This document shows positions 30,594 through 40,416 of a stretch of DNA of 64,000 nt, one piece after another. Below the pieces are notes generated by a model, which saw only the letters and a list, made by a program, of their open reading frames with translations, had not been told where the DNA came from and did not search any database. Positions within the stretch are counted from its first letter, which is position 1. Each line of letters starts with the position of its first letter. This DNA comes from a virus, in IMG/VR virus record IMGVR_UViG_3300032053_000053, positions 6,734-70,733 of that record; one strand, 5' to 3'. A program made the translations under genes and the position numbers.

Positions 30594-32044
30594 TGGGACT
30601 TTTTGATAATGACGATCTAATAATTAAGCTGCTAAAGTATGGTTCCGAGTTTGAATTAAAGTTCGGTAAATATGCTCAAACTCAACCAGCTGCTAGCCCA
30701 AATTATTTTTCATTAACGCAAAAATTAGTTTCTAATTTAGAACAAAGCTATTTTCCTAAACCAAAAGATGCTAACGCAATATCTTCGGGATCTGACGATT
30801 CAGAAGTAAAGTTTACCGTTTCTGATGTAAATACCTGGGGCAATTTCTTAGCGTTTATCTCTTCTAATAAAATGATGGTTGGAAATGTAAGGATTGCATA
30901 TGATTCCAATCCTGATATACCTGGTTATTTGCCTACTAGCGGGAAAATTGCTAATTATATGGAACATGGCGATAGATCCGCCATAAAACCAGAATTTTAT
31001 ATTAACAAAGATTTGGCTATTAAATATATACAATCTTTGCAACATCAAGCTGAAACAATGGGTGAAGAAGGTAAAGTTTTAAAAGTAATGCTTGGTTCAC
31101 GCATTGATGATTTGAATAAAGTTTTTGAAATACAATTAAATAAAAAATATCAAGAGCCTGAATTTGAATTAAAAGATGATGATACATTAACTTCTTTTCG
31201 CGTAATATTGGATCAATCTGATGGCGATAGGACATTGAGATATAAAGATATAAAGACTGCTGGGGCTTTGCAACAATGGGCAAAAGACCAGGATGTTTTT
31301 ATTGAAATTAATGGCGCAAATGTTAGTGCAAGAAATTTAGATTTTAATTGGTGCGATGCCGTTAGAATAATATATAATAAAGCAAAATTATTAAAACAAA
31401 ATAATGTTGCTGAAAAAAAGTATGATATATTCGTAAAACAAATTGAAGTGATAACCCCGCAATTAAGTTTTAATGATCTGCCTTGTTCAGTTTCTGGCAC
31501 AAGTTCATCAGCAAAACAAACGAATAATAAAACGCCATACGAACTTGTTGATCATAAAGCGCGCGATAAAGATAAACCAGGCTCAACAACAAAAAATTTT
31601 GCTGAATTAATTGGCAAATTTCCTTTGTTTATTGATCGAATTGATTTTGATAGAATAAGAGATTTTACTCAGATATATCAAAATGTAACTGGTGAATACT
31701 CCCAATATACATCTGAAATTGTGCAAACTGTAAATAATCTAATAATGTCTTCAGGTGCCCACACTCAAACTTTAGATGCCACTGTTGACCAAATATCATC
31801 AAGATTAAAAGGTGCACACCCGGTTCATTACCTTAAAATGCTTTATGATCTTATAAGCAGAGTGTCAGACATGTTAACAGATTTTAGAAGCAAATATTCA
31901 GACGTATTAAATGGAAATCAACAACTTAAACAAGATCTTAATAAACAAATTGGGTCCGATCCTGGTGATACAGGGTCGTTTGCTCATCAAAATATTAACA
32001 AGTTAACATACTTATTGTCAGACGCAAGCACTTGGAGGCGTTAA
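30593..32044 (+). CDS. Putative internal head protein
   Basis: 483 aa; TAATG coupling with upstream gene; KYAQ at about residue 26. Confidence 0.55.
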   Translation: MGLFDNDDLIIKLLKYGSEFELKFGKYAQTQPAASPNYFSLTQKLVSNLEQSYFPKPKDANAISSGSDDSEVKFTVSDVNTWGNFLAFISSNKMMVGNVRIAYDSNPDIPGYLPTSGKIANYMEHGDRSAIKPEFYINKDLAIKYIQSLQHQAETMGEEGKVLKVMLGSRIDDLNKVFEIQLNKKYQEPEFELKDDDTLTSFRVILDQSDGDRTLRYKDIKTAGALQQWAKDQDVFIEINGANVSARNLDFNWCDAVRIIYNKAKLLKQNNVAEKKYDIFVKQIEVITPQLSFNDLPCSVSGTSSSAKQTNNKTPYELVDHKARDKDKPGSTTKNFAELIGKFPLFIDRIDFDRIRDFTQIYQNVTGEYSQYTSEIVQTVNNLIMSSGAHTQTLDATVDQISSRLKGAHPVHYLKMLYDLISRVSDMLTDFRSKYSDVLNGNQQLKQDLNKQIGSDPGDTGSFAHQNINKLTYLLSDASTWRR

Positions 32045-32045
32045 A

Positions 32046-33092
32046 ATGAAAAATAGCGCCATACAATATTATTTAGACACTCTTATAATTCAGGCATCTC
32101 TTGGCAATGATAAATTAACCAAAGAAGCTCAAAGTGGCGCCGTAGGTACAATTATATCTGATGTAAAAAATTATGTTAGTTCTAAAATTGATGATAATAA
32201 TAAAGTTAGTAGTGTGTTAAATATTATCGCTCCGGGGGCTATTTCAGTTTTATTAAGATCTATTGGTCTAAATTGGATTGGTTTTCTCCTGCCACTTGCA
32301 ATGAATGTTTTCGGCATTAAATTTGACGAAATATTATCATCAATACATTCAAAAATAAGCTCTATGTTAAAAGCTGGCCCAGTGTCATCTGAACAAGTGG
32401 ATGCGGCAGTTGAAGCCTCATTTGAATCAGAAAAATCAGCCCCTCCAACCGAAGAACAGCTTCAGCAATATTTACAAACACATTCTTTTAATAAAATGCT
32501 TCGATCGGCTCATTTATTTAAAATGTCGTTAATTCAATCCAGTAATATTAAAAAAACAGCCGGAGTATTTGATATGTTTGGCGGAAGCAAAGTTAAAACG
32601 GTTAGCTTATTGGCAAGTGTGGTTAAATGGACAATAAAAACAGTTATTGCTGCCGCAGGACTTATGGTAGCTGGCGATGTAGTTAAAAAAATGGTGGGTA
32701 TAAAGGATCAGTTAGACGAAAAACAAATTTCTACTGCGTTTAAATTGAACTCGTCTTATGATAATAAACAACTAAATACGGATAAGGCTACTTGGGTCGA
32801 GTCCGTTATTCCAAATACAAATAATATTAAAGATTTTGTTCTTGATTGGATGAATGAAGTGTACCAAGATATAGAGCAATATGAAGAGTTGGCCGAAAAT
32901 ACATTCGGATTTAGGAATGTTGTAAAAGAAATTGAAGATTTTAATGCCGGGAATAAATCTGGAAACATAACATTTATACCAAAAATGTTCAAAACAAAAA
33001 AAGATGCCGTTAATATTTTTATTAAAGAAGTCGAAGATAAAGTAAAATCTGCTGGTTATTATGGTAAATCAAGCCCTCCCATATCTGCTTAA
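32046..33092 (+). CDS. Putative internal/ejection protein with hydrophobic helices
   Basis: KEAQ and KTAG motifs; hydrophobic segments IGLNWIGFLLPLAMNVFG and TVIAAAGLMVAG. Confidence 0.55.
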   Translation: MKNSAIQYYLDTLIIQASLGNDKLTKEAQSGAVGTIISDVKNYVSSKIDDNNKVSSVLNIIAPGAISVLLRSIGLNWIGFLLPLAMNVFGIKFDEILSSIHSKISSMLKAGPVSSEQVDAAVEASFESEKSAPPTEEQLQQYLQTHSFNKMLRSAHLFKMSLIQSSNIKKTAGVFDMFGGSKVKTVSLLASVVKWTIKTVIAAAGLMVAGDVVKKMVGIKDQLDEKQISTAFKLNSSYDNKQLNTDKATWVESVIPNTNNIKDFVLDWMNEVYQDIEQYEELAENTFGFRNVVKEIEDFNAGNKSGNITFIPKMFKTKKDAVNIFIKEVEDKVKSAGYYGKSSPPISA

Positions 33093-33124
33093 ATGCATTT
33101 TTTAATATTACAATAAGGTGAACA

Positions 33125-34315
33125 ATGTCCGATATTTTTAATAAATATGCAGCTCTGGCAATCGAAAGAGGCCTAATATCTGAATCTGAAAGCACAAAGG
33201 AAAAACTTGAAAAAAATCCAAGGTGGGATTCTCAAGATATTTCCGCTGTTGAACTTCTTTATGGCGTTAAACCTGATTCTCCAAAAGAAATGAACTATGA
33301 TAGAAACATTGTCGAAATTGCTCATCCAAATTCGGTCATTGTTTCTCCTGCCCACGATAAATTAAATGGACTTGTTGAAAATATAAATGAACGAAACAAT
33401 ATCATGATCAATATTGTAAATAAACCGGTTGATGGTCATCTCACTGGTAGAAAATATGCCGAAAATGAACTAGTTCTTTCTTTAGTCCGAATCGCAAATG
33501 ATATGGATAATAAAGATATAAAAGAATTGCGCATTTTAGCCGATGCTTGTATTGATCAAATTCATAAGTCAGCTCTCCCGGCCGCATTAACATTACTAGG
33601 TGGGCCATATACAATCGCAGCTGCCGCAATATTAGGTGGCGTATATCTTCAACAACATCTTGATATGGCAGATCAGGGTTTCGAAGAAAATGCAGAAAGA
33701 CTTGTTAAAGAACTTGAAGATTTCATCGGAGATCATTTGATTGGAACAGATTATACCGAAAATTTCCAGGAAACAATTAAAAAGATAATTGAACGAATAC
33801 ACTTTATTTCATTAAAATACTCGGCTTTCAAGGATGAATTAGAAAAACTTCAGGCTCCAAAAGATTTAGATGAACTACAAAAATATGTTTCTTCTCAACA
33901 TACCGATTTCCATAAAATATATGCAGATTTTAGTGATATGGTCGCAAAGGCAAATTCATTGTTTGATCAAGTAAGTGCTAAATTCCAAGACCAATCATTT
34001 AAATCTCGTCAAATGAAAGATGTTGGAGTTGGCGAAAAAATTAATCGATTCTTCGGTGGACTGTTCTCTGGCGATAAATATAGCTTGGTTGCAGACGATT
34101 TTAAAGATGTGTTGCGTGCACTGGAACCATTTAGAAAATCTATTGCTTCAGTTCTTGATGTTCTTAAAACTGCAGATGCCAAATCAAAAAATGAACTTGA
34201 CTCAATGCAGATGACCTATAAAGCAAAAAAGGACGAACCGGCTTCTCCAGGTTCATCAAATCAAAATTCAGGCTTAACGTCATTATTTGATCTTTCGTCT
34301 ATGCCAGGGCTATAA
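33125..34315 (+). CDS. Putative internal/ejection protein with hydrophobic helix
   Basis: KYAA, KYAE, then KSA followed by LPAALTLLGGPYTIAAAAILGGVYL; AHP module. Confidence 0.55.
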   Translation: MSDIFNKYAALAIERGLISESESTKEKLEKNPRWDSQDISAVELLYGVKPDSPKEMNYDRNIVEIAHPNSVIVSPAHDKLNGLVENINERNNIMINIVNKPVDGHLTGRKYAENELVLSLVRIANDMDNKDIKELRILADACIDQIHKSALPAALTLLGGPYTIAAAAILGGVYLQQHLDMADQGFEENAERLVKELEDFIGDHLIGTDYTENFQETIKKIIERIHFISLKYSAFKDELEKLQAPKDLDELQKYVSSQHTDFHKIYADFSDMVAKANSLFDQVSAKFQDQSFKSRQMKDVGVGEKINRFFGGLFSGDKYSLVADDFKDVLRALEPFRKSIASVLDVLKTADAKSKNELDSMQMTYKAKKDEPASPGSSNQNSGLTSLFDLSSMPGL

Positions 34316-34465
34316 TTATAATTTTTCGTTGATATATATTATTTGTAAAATCTTAAAATTATATGAATAACTATATATCTTTATTAGATTTTTGTTAGTA
34401 AGTCAGGTGTAAGTCAACCTAATGCCATTCTAAAATACGGCAAAAGAAATTAAAGGAATAAAATC

Positions 34466-35146
34466 ATGTCTCTTAAATTACTACAACCAGGCTATATGCC
34501 AATGGGTCAATTCGACGGTTACGATACTGAAGTCACTCTCCTTAAGGGCGGTGAAGTCGTAACTTTCAAAAGCGTAACTGTTGCATTTGCAGATAAAGTT
34601 GCTGCATATCTCGATGGTTATTCAAATGACAGCGGGGTCGAGAAGCGCACCGTAGTCAGCAACAACCTACCTTCAACAGCTCGTGTCTTAATGCTCGCTG
34701 ATGAAGGCGTCGCTGGTTATGGAACAATGCTCGGAAGTCTCGTAGGGGAAACTGCCGGTCAATCAGCTCTTGGGACAACCCTCGGGCCACACACCACAGC
34801 AGGTTCGGGTAAAGTTACTTGTTGGGATAAAGCTGGTCTCTATGCAGTTTCACTTGATGCATGCGACACCAACACTTCAACAGGCCTACAACCAACCAAC
34901 CTAACCCTCAAGACTGGTGATAAGCTCTTTGCAACTGCAGCGGGCCTTCTTACACCACTTAGCTCAGCCTCATTTGCTGGGTCAGGCGTCTTCCCATGCG
35001 CAACCTTCGTTGAATTCTCAACCAATGGTTCACTCGTCAATACACCGGCAAATCTATCACAAGCTCTTAACAGCCCATCTGGTTCACCAGCCGCTGCCAA
35101 GTCCTTTAAATTCGCTGTGTTCTATTGGCAACCAGGTTTAGTCTAA
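34466..35146 (+). CDS. Putative major head decoration protein
   Basis: Codon usage like the MCP (C-ending codons), own terminator, Gly/Thr/Ala-rich, last + strand gene before the MCP. Confidence 0.65.
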   Translation: MSLKLLQPGYMPMGQFDGYDTEVTLLKGGEVVTFKSVTVAFADKVAAYLDGYSNDSGVEKRTVVSNNLPSTARVLMLADEGVAGYGTMLGSLVGETAGQSALGTTLGPHTTAGSGKVTCWDKAGLYAVSLDACDTNTSTGLQPTNLTLKTGDKLFATAAGLLTPLSSASFAGSGVFPCATFVEFSTNGSLVNTPANLSQALNSPSGSPAAAKSFKFAVFYWQPGLV

Positions 35147-35156
35147 TTTTAATTAA

Positions 35157-36131
35157 TTAAACTAATATAGCTAAAAGAGGCGGCTTTTCAGTCGCCTCTT
35201 TTTTATTTTGATATTCCGTTATTTGCTTTATCCAAATATTAAAATTTTCCAATTCCATTCTTTCTTTGGCAAAATTACAATATTTGCAGCAAGCGACTAC
35301 GTTGTCTTTGTTATGACCTGAATTTGAATTAATTCGATCTAGTCCGTTATAGTAATATTCTGATTTTTCTATTGATAATTTTGGCCTACAACTATTTAGT
35401 ATACAACGATTAAATGGTTTGGCATCGCAATAATGGCAATTCTGCTGAGTTAATTGCCAAAATTCTTGTAATGTTAAATCTCCATCTTTATACCTGTAGA
35501 AAATTTTCCTTACTGATGTAGCATAATATTTTGGCAATATACAATCAGTGAAAATATGGTTTACATTTTCTTTAATTTTTAATGACCGAATATATCTGTG
35601 AAAATCTTCTATTGACCGATTACTTTTGGCTCTATTACATGTATTACAGCAAGCAACAACGTTATCTATTTTGTGCGGTTTATTACTATTAATTCTATCA
35701 AGCCCATTAAATGTGAATGTCCCCGCATCTTTAACTGATTGTGGGCTATTGTTTGATTTTACAGCGAAACAATTATATTTTTTTGAAGGAGAGCATCCGC
35801 AATAAAAACAATCTTGCTGAGATATTTCGTAGAATTGTTCAAAAGATATATCGCATTCTTTATCGTCATTATAATATCTCGACCAAACTATTCTTGCCGA
35901 CGATATTGCTGGTTCGTATTTTCGTCTATTAATCGCCATGAAACAAGACAGATTGTCCATATATTCTTTTAGCAAACATCCGCAAGATTTAGTGCATTTG
36001 TTTAATCTAACCTCTAGAACAATTGCTTTTTTGCCGCAATCACATAAACATTGCCATTTATTATCAATTTTTTTAATTAATGTTAATCGATAAAACTTGT
36101 CTCCGGCCCTATAATTATTTCGTTTTCTCAT
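35157..36131 (-). CDS. HNH homing endonuclease with tandem HNH domains
   Basis: RLTL..WQCLCDCG N-domain; two CxYC...NGLDR...NVVACCxxCN domains. Confidence 0.85.
   Translation of the reverse strand: MRKRNNYRAGDKFYRLTLIKKIDNKWQCLCDCGKKAIVLEVRLNKCTKSCGCLLKEYMDNLSCFMAINRRKYEPAISSARIVWSRYYNDDKECDISFEQFYEISQQDCFYCGCSPSKKYNCFAVKSNNSPQSVKDAGTFTFNGLDRINSNKPHKIDNVVACCNTCNRAKSNRSIEDFHRYIRSLKIKENVNHIFTDCILPKYYATSVRKIFYRYKDGDLTLQEFWQLTQQNCHYCDAKPFNRCILNSCRPKLSIEKSEYYYNGLDRINSNSGHNKDNVVACCKYCNFAKERMELENFNIWIKQITEYQNKKEATEKPPLLAILV
35173..35204 (+). terminator. Rho-independent terminator, potentially bidirectional
   Basis: AAAAGAGGCGGC-loop-GTCGCCTCTTTTTT. Confidence 0.8.
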
Positions 36132-36153
36132 GATTTTTTTTGGACAATGAAAT

Positions 36154-36831
36154 TTATTGCTTTGTACTGGCAGTAATTAGCTTCTTATGTCTTTTTTTAG
36201 AAACCCCGTCCATTAAATTTTGTTTTGAATTTAATGGACGCAAATTATTAATATCCCAACATTCATTAAAAGCACTGTCTTTCATTGTTATATAGCCAAA
36301 TGTAGATTGTGGAATTATATGATCAATTTGCCACGTCCACGTTGTTACATCATTATCATTCCAAGAATTTGTGCTATATGATCCATAATTTTCCCAGCTC
36401 ATCCATGGCTCAAATTGATTCTCTATGTGCAACTTAAGATCAAGAATAGAGTATGGTAGAAAATTAAATATTGATTTACCGGTTTTATAACCACCATTTT
36501 CAATTAAATAATAATGAATTGATCTGCTTACATTTTTTCTTAATTTATACGTCACATTTGTTTTTCGAAGACGCCTTTCATATTTCGTTATTTTATCTTT
36601 ATTCAGCATTTTCCAGCGTTTAGATTTACTTCTATTCTTTGCCTTTTCTAAATCACTATTATTACCATATCTTTTTTGATAATTAATTTGTGATATGCGA
36701 CTAAAACATTCTTTGCATTCTGGCCTATATTTATTTCTGTCATGACGAAAATAAAAGTCAGATATTGGTTTTGTCTTTTTGCAAATTATACATTGCATTT
36801 TTTTTGGTGATCCTTTATTCTTATAATCCAA
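36154..36831 (-). CDS. HNH endonuclease (WxIDHIIP type)
   Basis: CIIC/CKEC zinc finger; WQIDHIIPQS...NLRPLNSKQN; likely start at 36798. Confidence 0.82.
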   Translation of the reverse strand: MDYKNKGSPKKMQCIICKKTKPISDFYFRHDRNKYRPECKECFSRISQINYQKRYGNNSDLEKAKNRSKSKRWKMLNKDKITKYERRLRKTNVTYKLRKNVSRSIHYYLIENGGYKTGKSIFNFLPYSILDLKLHIENQFEPWMSWENYGSYSTNSWNDNDVTTWTWQIDHIIPQSTFGYITMKDSAFNECWDINNLRPLNSKQNLMDGVSKKRHKKLITASTKQ

Positions 36832-37940
36832 TTATTAAAATCTTCTAATAATAGATTTCCTTTAGCAAAATTACAGTATTTACAGCAAGGTACTATATTG
36901 TCTTTAGTATGTGATTTATTATTATCTAATCTATCAATTCCGTTATAATAATAATGAGCGCCATCTTTAGCTAGTTTAGACGCTTTTTTATCCTTTAAAT
37001 AAACATTGTAATAATTAACTTCCTTAACTCTACAATAAAAACATGGTAATTTTGAATAAGTATAAAATGTAGGTAGATCAATTTCCATTTTGCCATAATT
37101 CCTTTTATAATGTCTATAGGCACATTTCACTGATACAAGCAAGTAGCTATTTGGCAATGTAAGTAATCTATCTGAAAATATAAACTTATTAATCTTTTTT
37201 AACCCAATAATATATTTGTGAAAATCGATTATTGATCTGTTGCTTTTAGCTCTATTACATGTCCAGCAGCATGGAACAATATTGTCTTTACTATATGTGC
37301 AATCATTATTCACGCGGTCTATTCCATTGTAAACAAACCACCCATTGTTTTTTGCTTTTTGCGATGCCGATTTCCTGCCAATAAAACAATTATAGTTATT
37401 GCTTGGCGCGATTCCACAATAATTACAATTCATCTGGCTAATTAATAACCATTCATCGAAAGTTAAATTACATGTTAAATCTCTACGACAATAACTTTTC
37501 CATAATCTACGCGCAGAAGTGGTATTAGGTTCATATTTTGTGATTACTGCCGGAGACAAAAGCCTATTTTTTAATAGAGCTTCTTTTTTTAAGCATCCGC
37601 ATGACTTGGTATTACCGCTATTAATTTTACCTGTATTTGCAATTAAAGTTTTTCCGCACTCACATTCGCATAACCACCGGCTGTTTCCGATATAATTAAT
37701 CATCGTTAATCTATTTATTTTTTGTCCAGAATAAAGGGATAAATTAATTGTACAACCACAGGATTTTTGAGCGTTGCTTGTTAATGTGCCCGTCCTAACA
37801 ATCAATATTTTTCCGCATTCACATCGACAGTTCCAGCCTGTAAATGATCTGCCTCCAGCTTCACTTGGTAAAATATTATTTGCTTTAGATATGACGGTTA
37901 ATTTTTCGAATTTTTTCCCAACAAGATCTAGTTTTTTCAT
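36786..37940 (-). CDS. HNH homing endonuclease with tandem HNH domains
   Basis: Two CxCxCG N-terminal modules and two NGIDR...CCxxCN domains; AAGG before the ATG at 37940. Confidence 0.85.
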   Translation of the reverse strand: MKKLDLVGKKFEKLTVISKANNILPSEAGGRSFTGWNCRCECGKILIVRTGTLTSNAQKSCGCTINLSLYSGQKINRLTMINYIGNSRWLCECECGKTLIANTGKINSGNTKSCGCLKKEALLKNRLLSPAVITKYEPNTTSARRLWKSYCRRDLTCNLTFDEWLLISQMNCNYCGIAPSNNYNCFIGRKSASQKAKNNGWFVYNGIDRVNNDCTYSKDNIVPCCWTCNRAKSNRSIIDFHKYIIGLKKINKFIFSDRLLTLPNSYLLVSVKCAYRHYKRNYGKMEIDLPTFYTYSKLPCFYCRVKEVNYYNVYLKDKKASKLAKDGAHYYYNGIDRLDNNKSHTKDNIVPCCKYCNFAKGNLLLEDFNNWIIRIKDHQKKCNV

Positions 37941-38084
37941 TATTTGCCTTAAATATATCATGCAAATTTAATTTTTTCATTTAAGATAGTAATATTCCTT
38001 CATACTTGATAGGCGCTTTATTTGTATAAAGCGTGTGTAAGCTGGTGCAAACTGGCAACATTTTCAACCATATGGAGAATACTA

Positions 38085-39098
38085 ATGAGTTTTTTTAATA
38101 ACAAAGGCGAAGTTAACGCCTCTTCAGTAAAAGAAGCGATGGCAGTAATTGCAAAATACGCAAGCCTTTTAGAGGATAACACCCCGTCAAACTTCGGTCA
38201 AGCCGGGCAACCATCACTTTCAGATGATAAGCGTGATGAACTTATATCCAGAGCTATAATGACACAAGACGGCAAAATTGCCCTTGCTCAATCAATGGCA
38301 AACCCAATTCGCCGAAACTTAGATTACCATGGAATTGCCCGTCGTGCACTCGTTGTCGACCCACTTCCACAAGGCGCAATCCCAACCTACGAGCGAGATA
38401 TCGACGTTGCAGCAGTCGTTATTTCAAGCAATGGTTCGGGCCCAGAAAGCCGCGTATTCGGTGATCGCGTTCTCGTTCCAGAGTTCGAAATCTTCTCGAA
38501 TCCAACCGTTCGTATCGCAGAAGTCAAACGCCGCCGATTCAACGTTATCGACCGTGCAGTGCAAAAGGCTCGTCAAGAAATCATGGCACAAGAAGACGCA
38601 AACGTTTTCGCAGCCCTAGATGCAGCCTCCTCAGTCGAAAACGCTCTTCAAGACGTTGCCGATGCAGGAATGCTCAAGCGTGACCTAATCGAAATCAAGG
38701 GTCAAGTTGATCGCCATGATCTCGTAACAACCAAGTTCTTCATGAACATCAATGAATTCAACGATATCCTCAAGTGGGGTACCGGCGGTGGTCAAGGCGT
38801 AGGCGGTGGCGAATTAGACCCAGTAACAATGCGAGAAGTTCTTCAGACTGGGCTATATGCTCACATCTGGGGTGCAGACATAATGGTTAGTAAGATCGTT
38901 CCAGCTGGGACCGTTTATGGTTGTGCAGATCCTGAGTTCGTAGGTGTAATGCCAGTGCGACAAGACATAGAGGTATTGCCTGCTGATGAACCAAAGAGGC
39001 TAATGCTTGGTTGGGTTGTAAGCGAGATTATAGGGATTGGAATTGTCAATCCACGTGGTGTTGCTTCAGGCCGAAAGAGCTTAGTAATCGGCGCATAA
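38085..39098 (+). CDS. Major capsid protein (HK97-like fold), 337 aa
   Basis: GGAG RBS before ATG 38085; LAQSMANPIRRNLDY..ARRALVVDPLPQG, EIMAQED, IWGADIMVS, IVNPRGV; strong codon bias; followed by terminator. Confidence 0.85.
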   Translation: MSFFNNKGEVNASSVKEAMAVIAKYASLLEDNTPSNFGQAGQPSLSDDKRDELISRAIMTQDGKIALAQSMANPIRRNLDYHGIARRALVVDPLPQGAIPTYERDIDVAAVVISSNGSGPESRVFGDRVLVPEFEIFSNPTVRIAEVKRRRFNVIDRAVQKARQEIMAQEDANVFAALDAASSVENALQDVADAGMLKRDLIEIKGQVDRHDLVTTKFFMNINEFNDILKWGTGGGQGVGGGELDPVTMREVLQTGLYAHIWGADIMVSKIVPAGTVYGCADPEFVGVMPVRQDIEVLPADEPKRLMLGWVVSEIIGIGIVNPRGVASGRKSLVIGA

Positions 39099-39119
39099 TC
39101 AACAAAGAAGTAAGTAACT

Positions 39120-39150
39120 AAAAAGCCTCCGCTTATTCGGGGGCTTTTTT
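39120..39150 (+). terminator. Rho-independent terminator after MCP
   Basis: AAAAAGCCTCCG-loop-CGGGGGCTTTTTT. Confidence 0.82.
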
Positions 39151-39212
39151 ATTTTTATAATTTTACATATGGTTAGAATTAGCCCGATATAATAAGATTG
39201 CTAGTTAACTAA

Positions 39213-40148
39213 ATGATTAAAATGAAAAAATTAACAATTCAAGAAAAAGAACAAATTATCGAATTATACAAAACCGGGGTATCTCCGAAAATAATTGGAG
39301 ATCGGTTTGGAGTATATAATAATAGTATAAATAGAATAGTTAGAAAAGCTGGGGTTAATACAAAAACGAAAGACGTAGATTACGAAACTACAAAAGAAAT
39401 AATAAGTCGTTATCTTGCCGGAGAATCATCGGAAAAAATAGCCGATGATCTTAAAATTGTAGGATCAACCGTTTGCCGTATATTGAAACGAAATAATGTT
39501 AATATAAGGCCATCAACAGAAAACAAAAGAATTCACAAAATAAATGAAGATTTTTTTGAAAATATTGACAATGAATCTAAGGCTTATTTTCTTGGAATGA
39601 TGTTTGCGGACGGAAATGTGCACAAATTACATGGCGCAATAAAATTGTCATTAAAAACAAGTGATGATGAAATTATAAAAAAATTATCTGTTCTCATATA
39701 TAACAAAGAAAAAGTAGAATACTATGCGGGTGAATGCAGTACTTGCAATTTGAGTATTTATAGTTCTAAGATGAAGAAAGATTTATTGAAACTAGGTTGT
39801 ACTCCAGCAAAAACATTTATTATTCGTCTCCCGGAATTAAGATCAGATTTATATCGCCATTTTATCAGGGGTTATTTCGATGGTGATGGGTGCGTATCAA
39901 ATGCATCCGGTATAAATCGAATTGATATAACATCAAATCATATGTTTATTGAAGATATTTATTTTAAATTAATGGAACAAATACCAAATTGTCATATTTA
40001 CAAGGCGAAAAATAATCCAACGAATTATATACAAATTAAACATAGGGAAAGCTTTCGTAGATTCTATGAATATCTGTATATTAATGCAACAATTTGTATG
40101 GAACGAAAATATAAATTGTACTCAGAAATAGTGCGTCAGCATTCATGA
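39213..40148 (+). CDS. LAGLIDADG homing endonuclease with two N-terminal HTH repeats
   Basis: AYFLGMMFADG and HFIRGYFDGDG. Confidence 0.88.
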   Translation: MIKMKKLTIQEKEQIIELYKTGVSPKIIGDRFGVYNNSINRIVRKAGVNTKTKDVDYETTKEIISRYLAGESSEKIADDLKIVGSTVCRILKRNNVNIRPSTENKRIHKINEDFFENIDNESKAYFLGMMFADGNVHKLHGAIKLSLKTSDDEIIKKLSVLIYNKEKVEYYAGECSTCNLSIYSSKMKKDLLKLGCTPAKTFIIRLPELRSDLYRHFIRGYFDGDGCVSNASGINRIDITSNHMFIEDIYFKLMEQIPNCHIYKAKNNPTNYIQIKHRESFRRFYEYLYINATICMERKYKLYSEIVRQHS

Positions 40149-40163
40149 AATCAAGGAAATAAT

Positions 40164-40391
40164 ATGGCCGTTGTATTAAAAAGAAAATATTTGTTTTTAA
40201 CATTTGATCAATTAAGTGCGTTAACAACCAAACGACTTCTTGCATATAAAAATAAAATAATGCGTTATCCAGAAAATCCAAATTGGGACGAATGTGATTT
40301 CAACAGAATGAATAAAAAACATCCGGAATGGCAGACAACATATAAAAATATAAAATATATTCTTTCAACCAGGGAGCATATTAATAAATAA
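40164..40391 (+). CDS. Small hypothetical protein
   Basis: 75 aa; AAGGA RBS; followed by a terminator. Confidence 0.55.
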   Translation: MAVVLKRKYLFLTFDQLSALTTKRLLAYKNKIMRYPENPNWDECDFNRMNKKHPEWQTTYKNIKYILSTREHINK

Positions 40392-40416
40392 ACAAATAAT
40401 CTTAATTTATTACATC

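Noticed and set aside
38022-38084. N-terminal extension of the MCP in the ORF track
   Set aside because: TTG start without RBS; ATG 38085 has a GGAG RBS.
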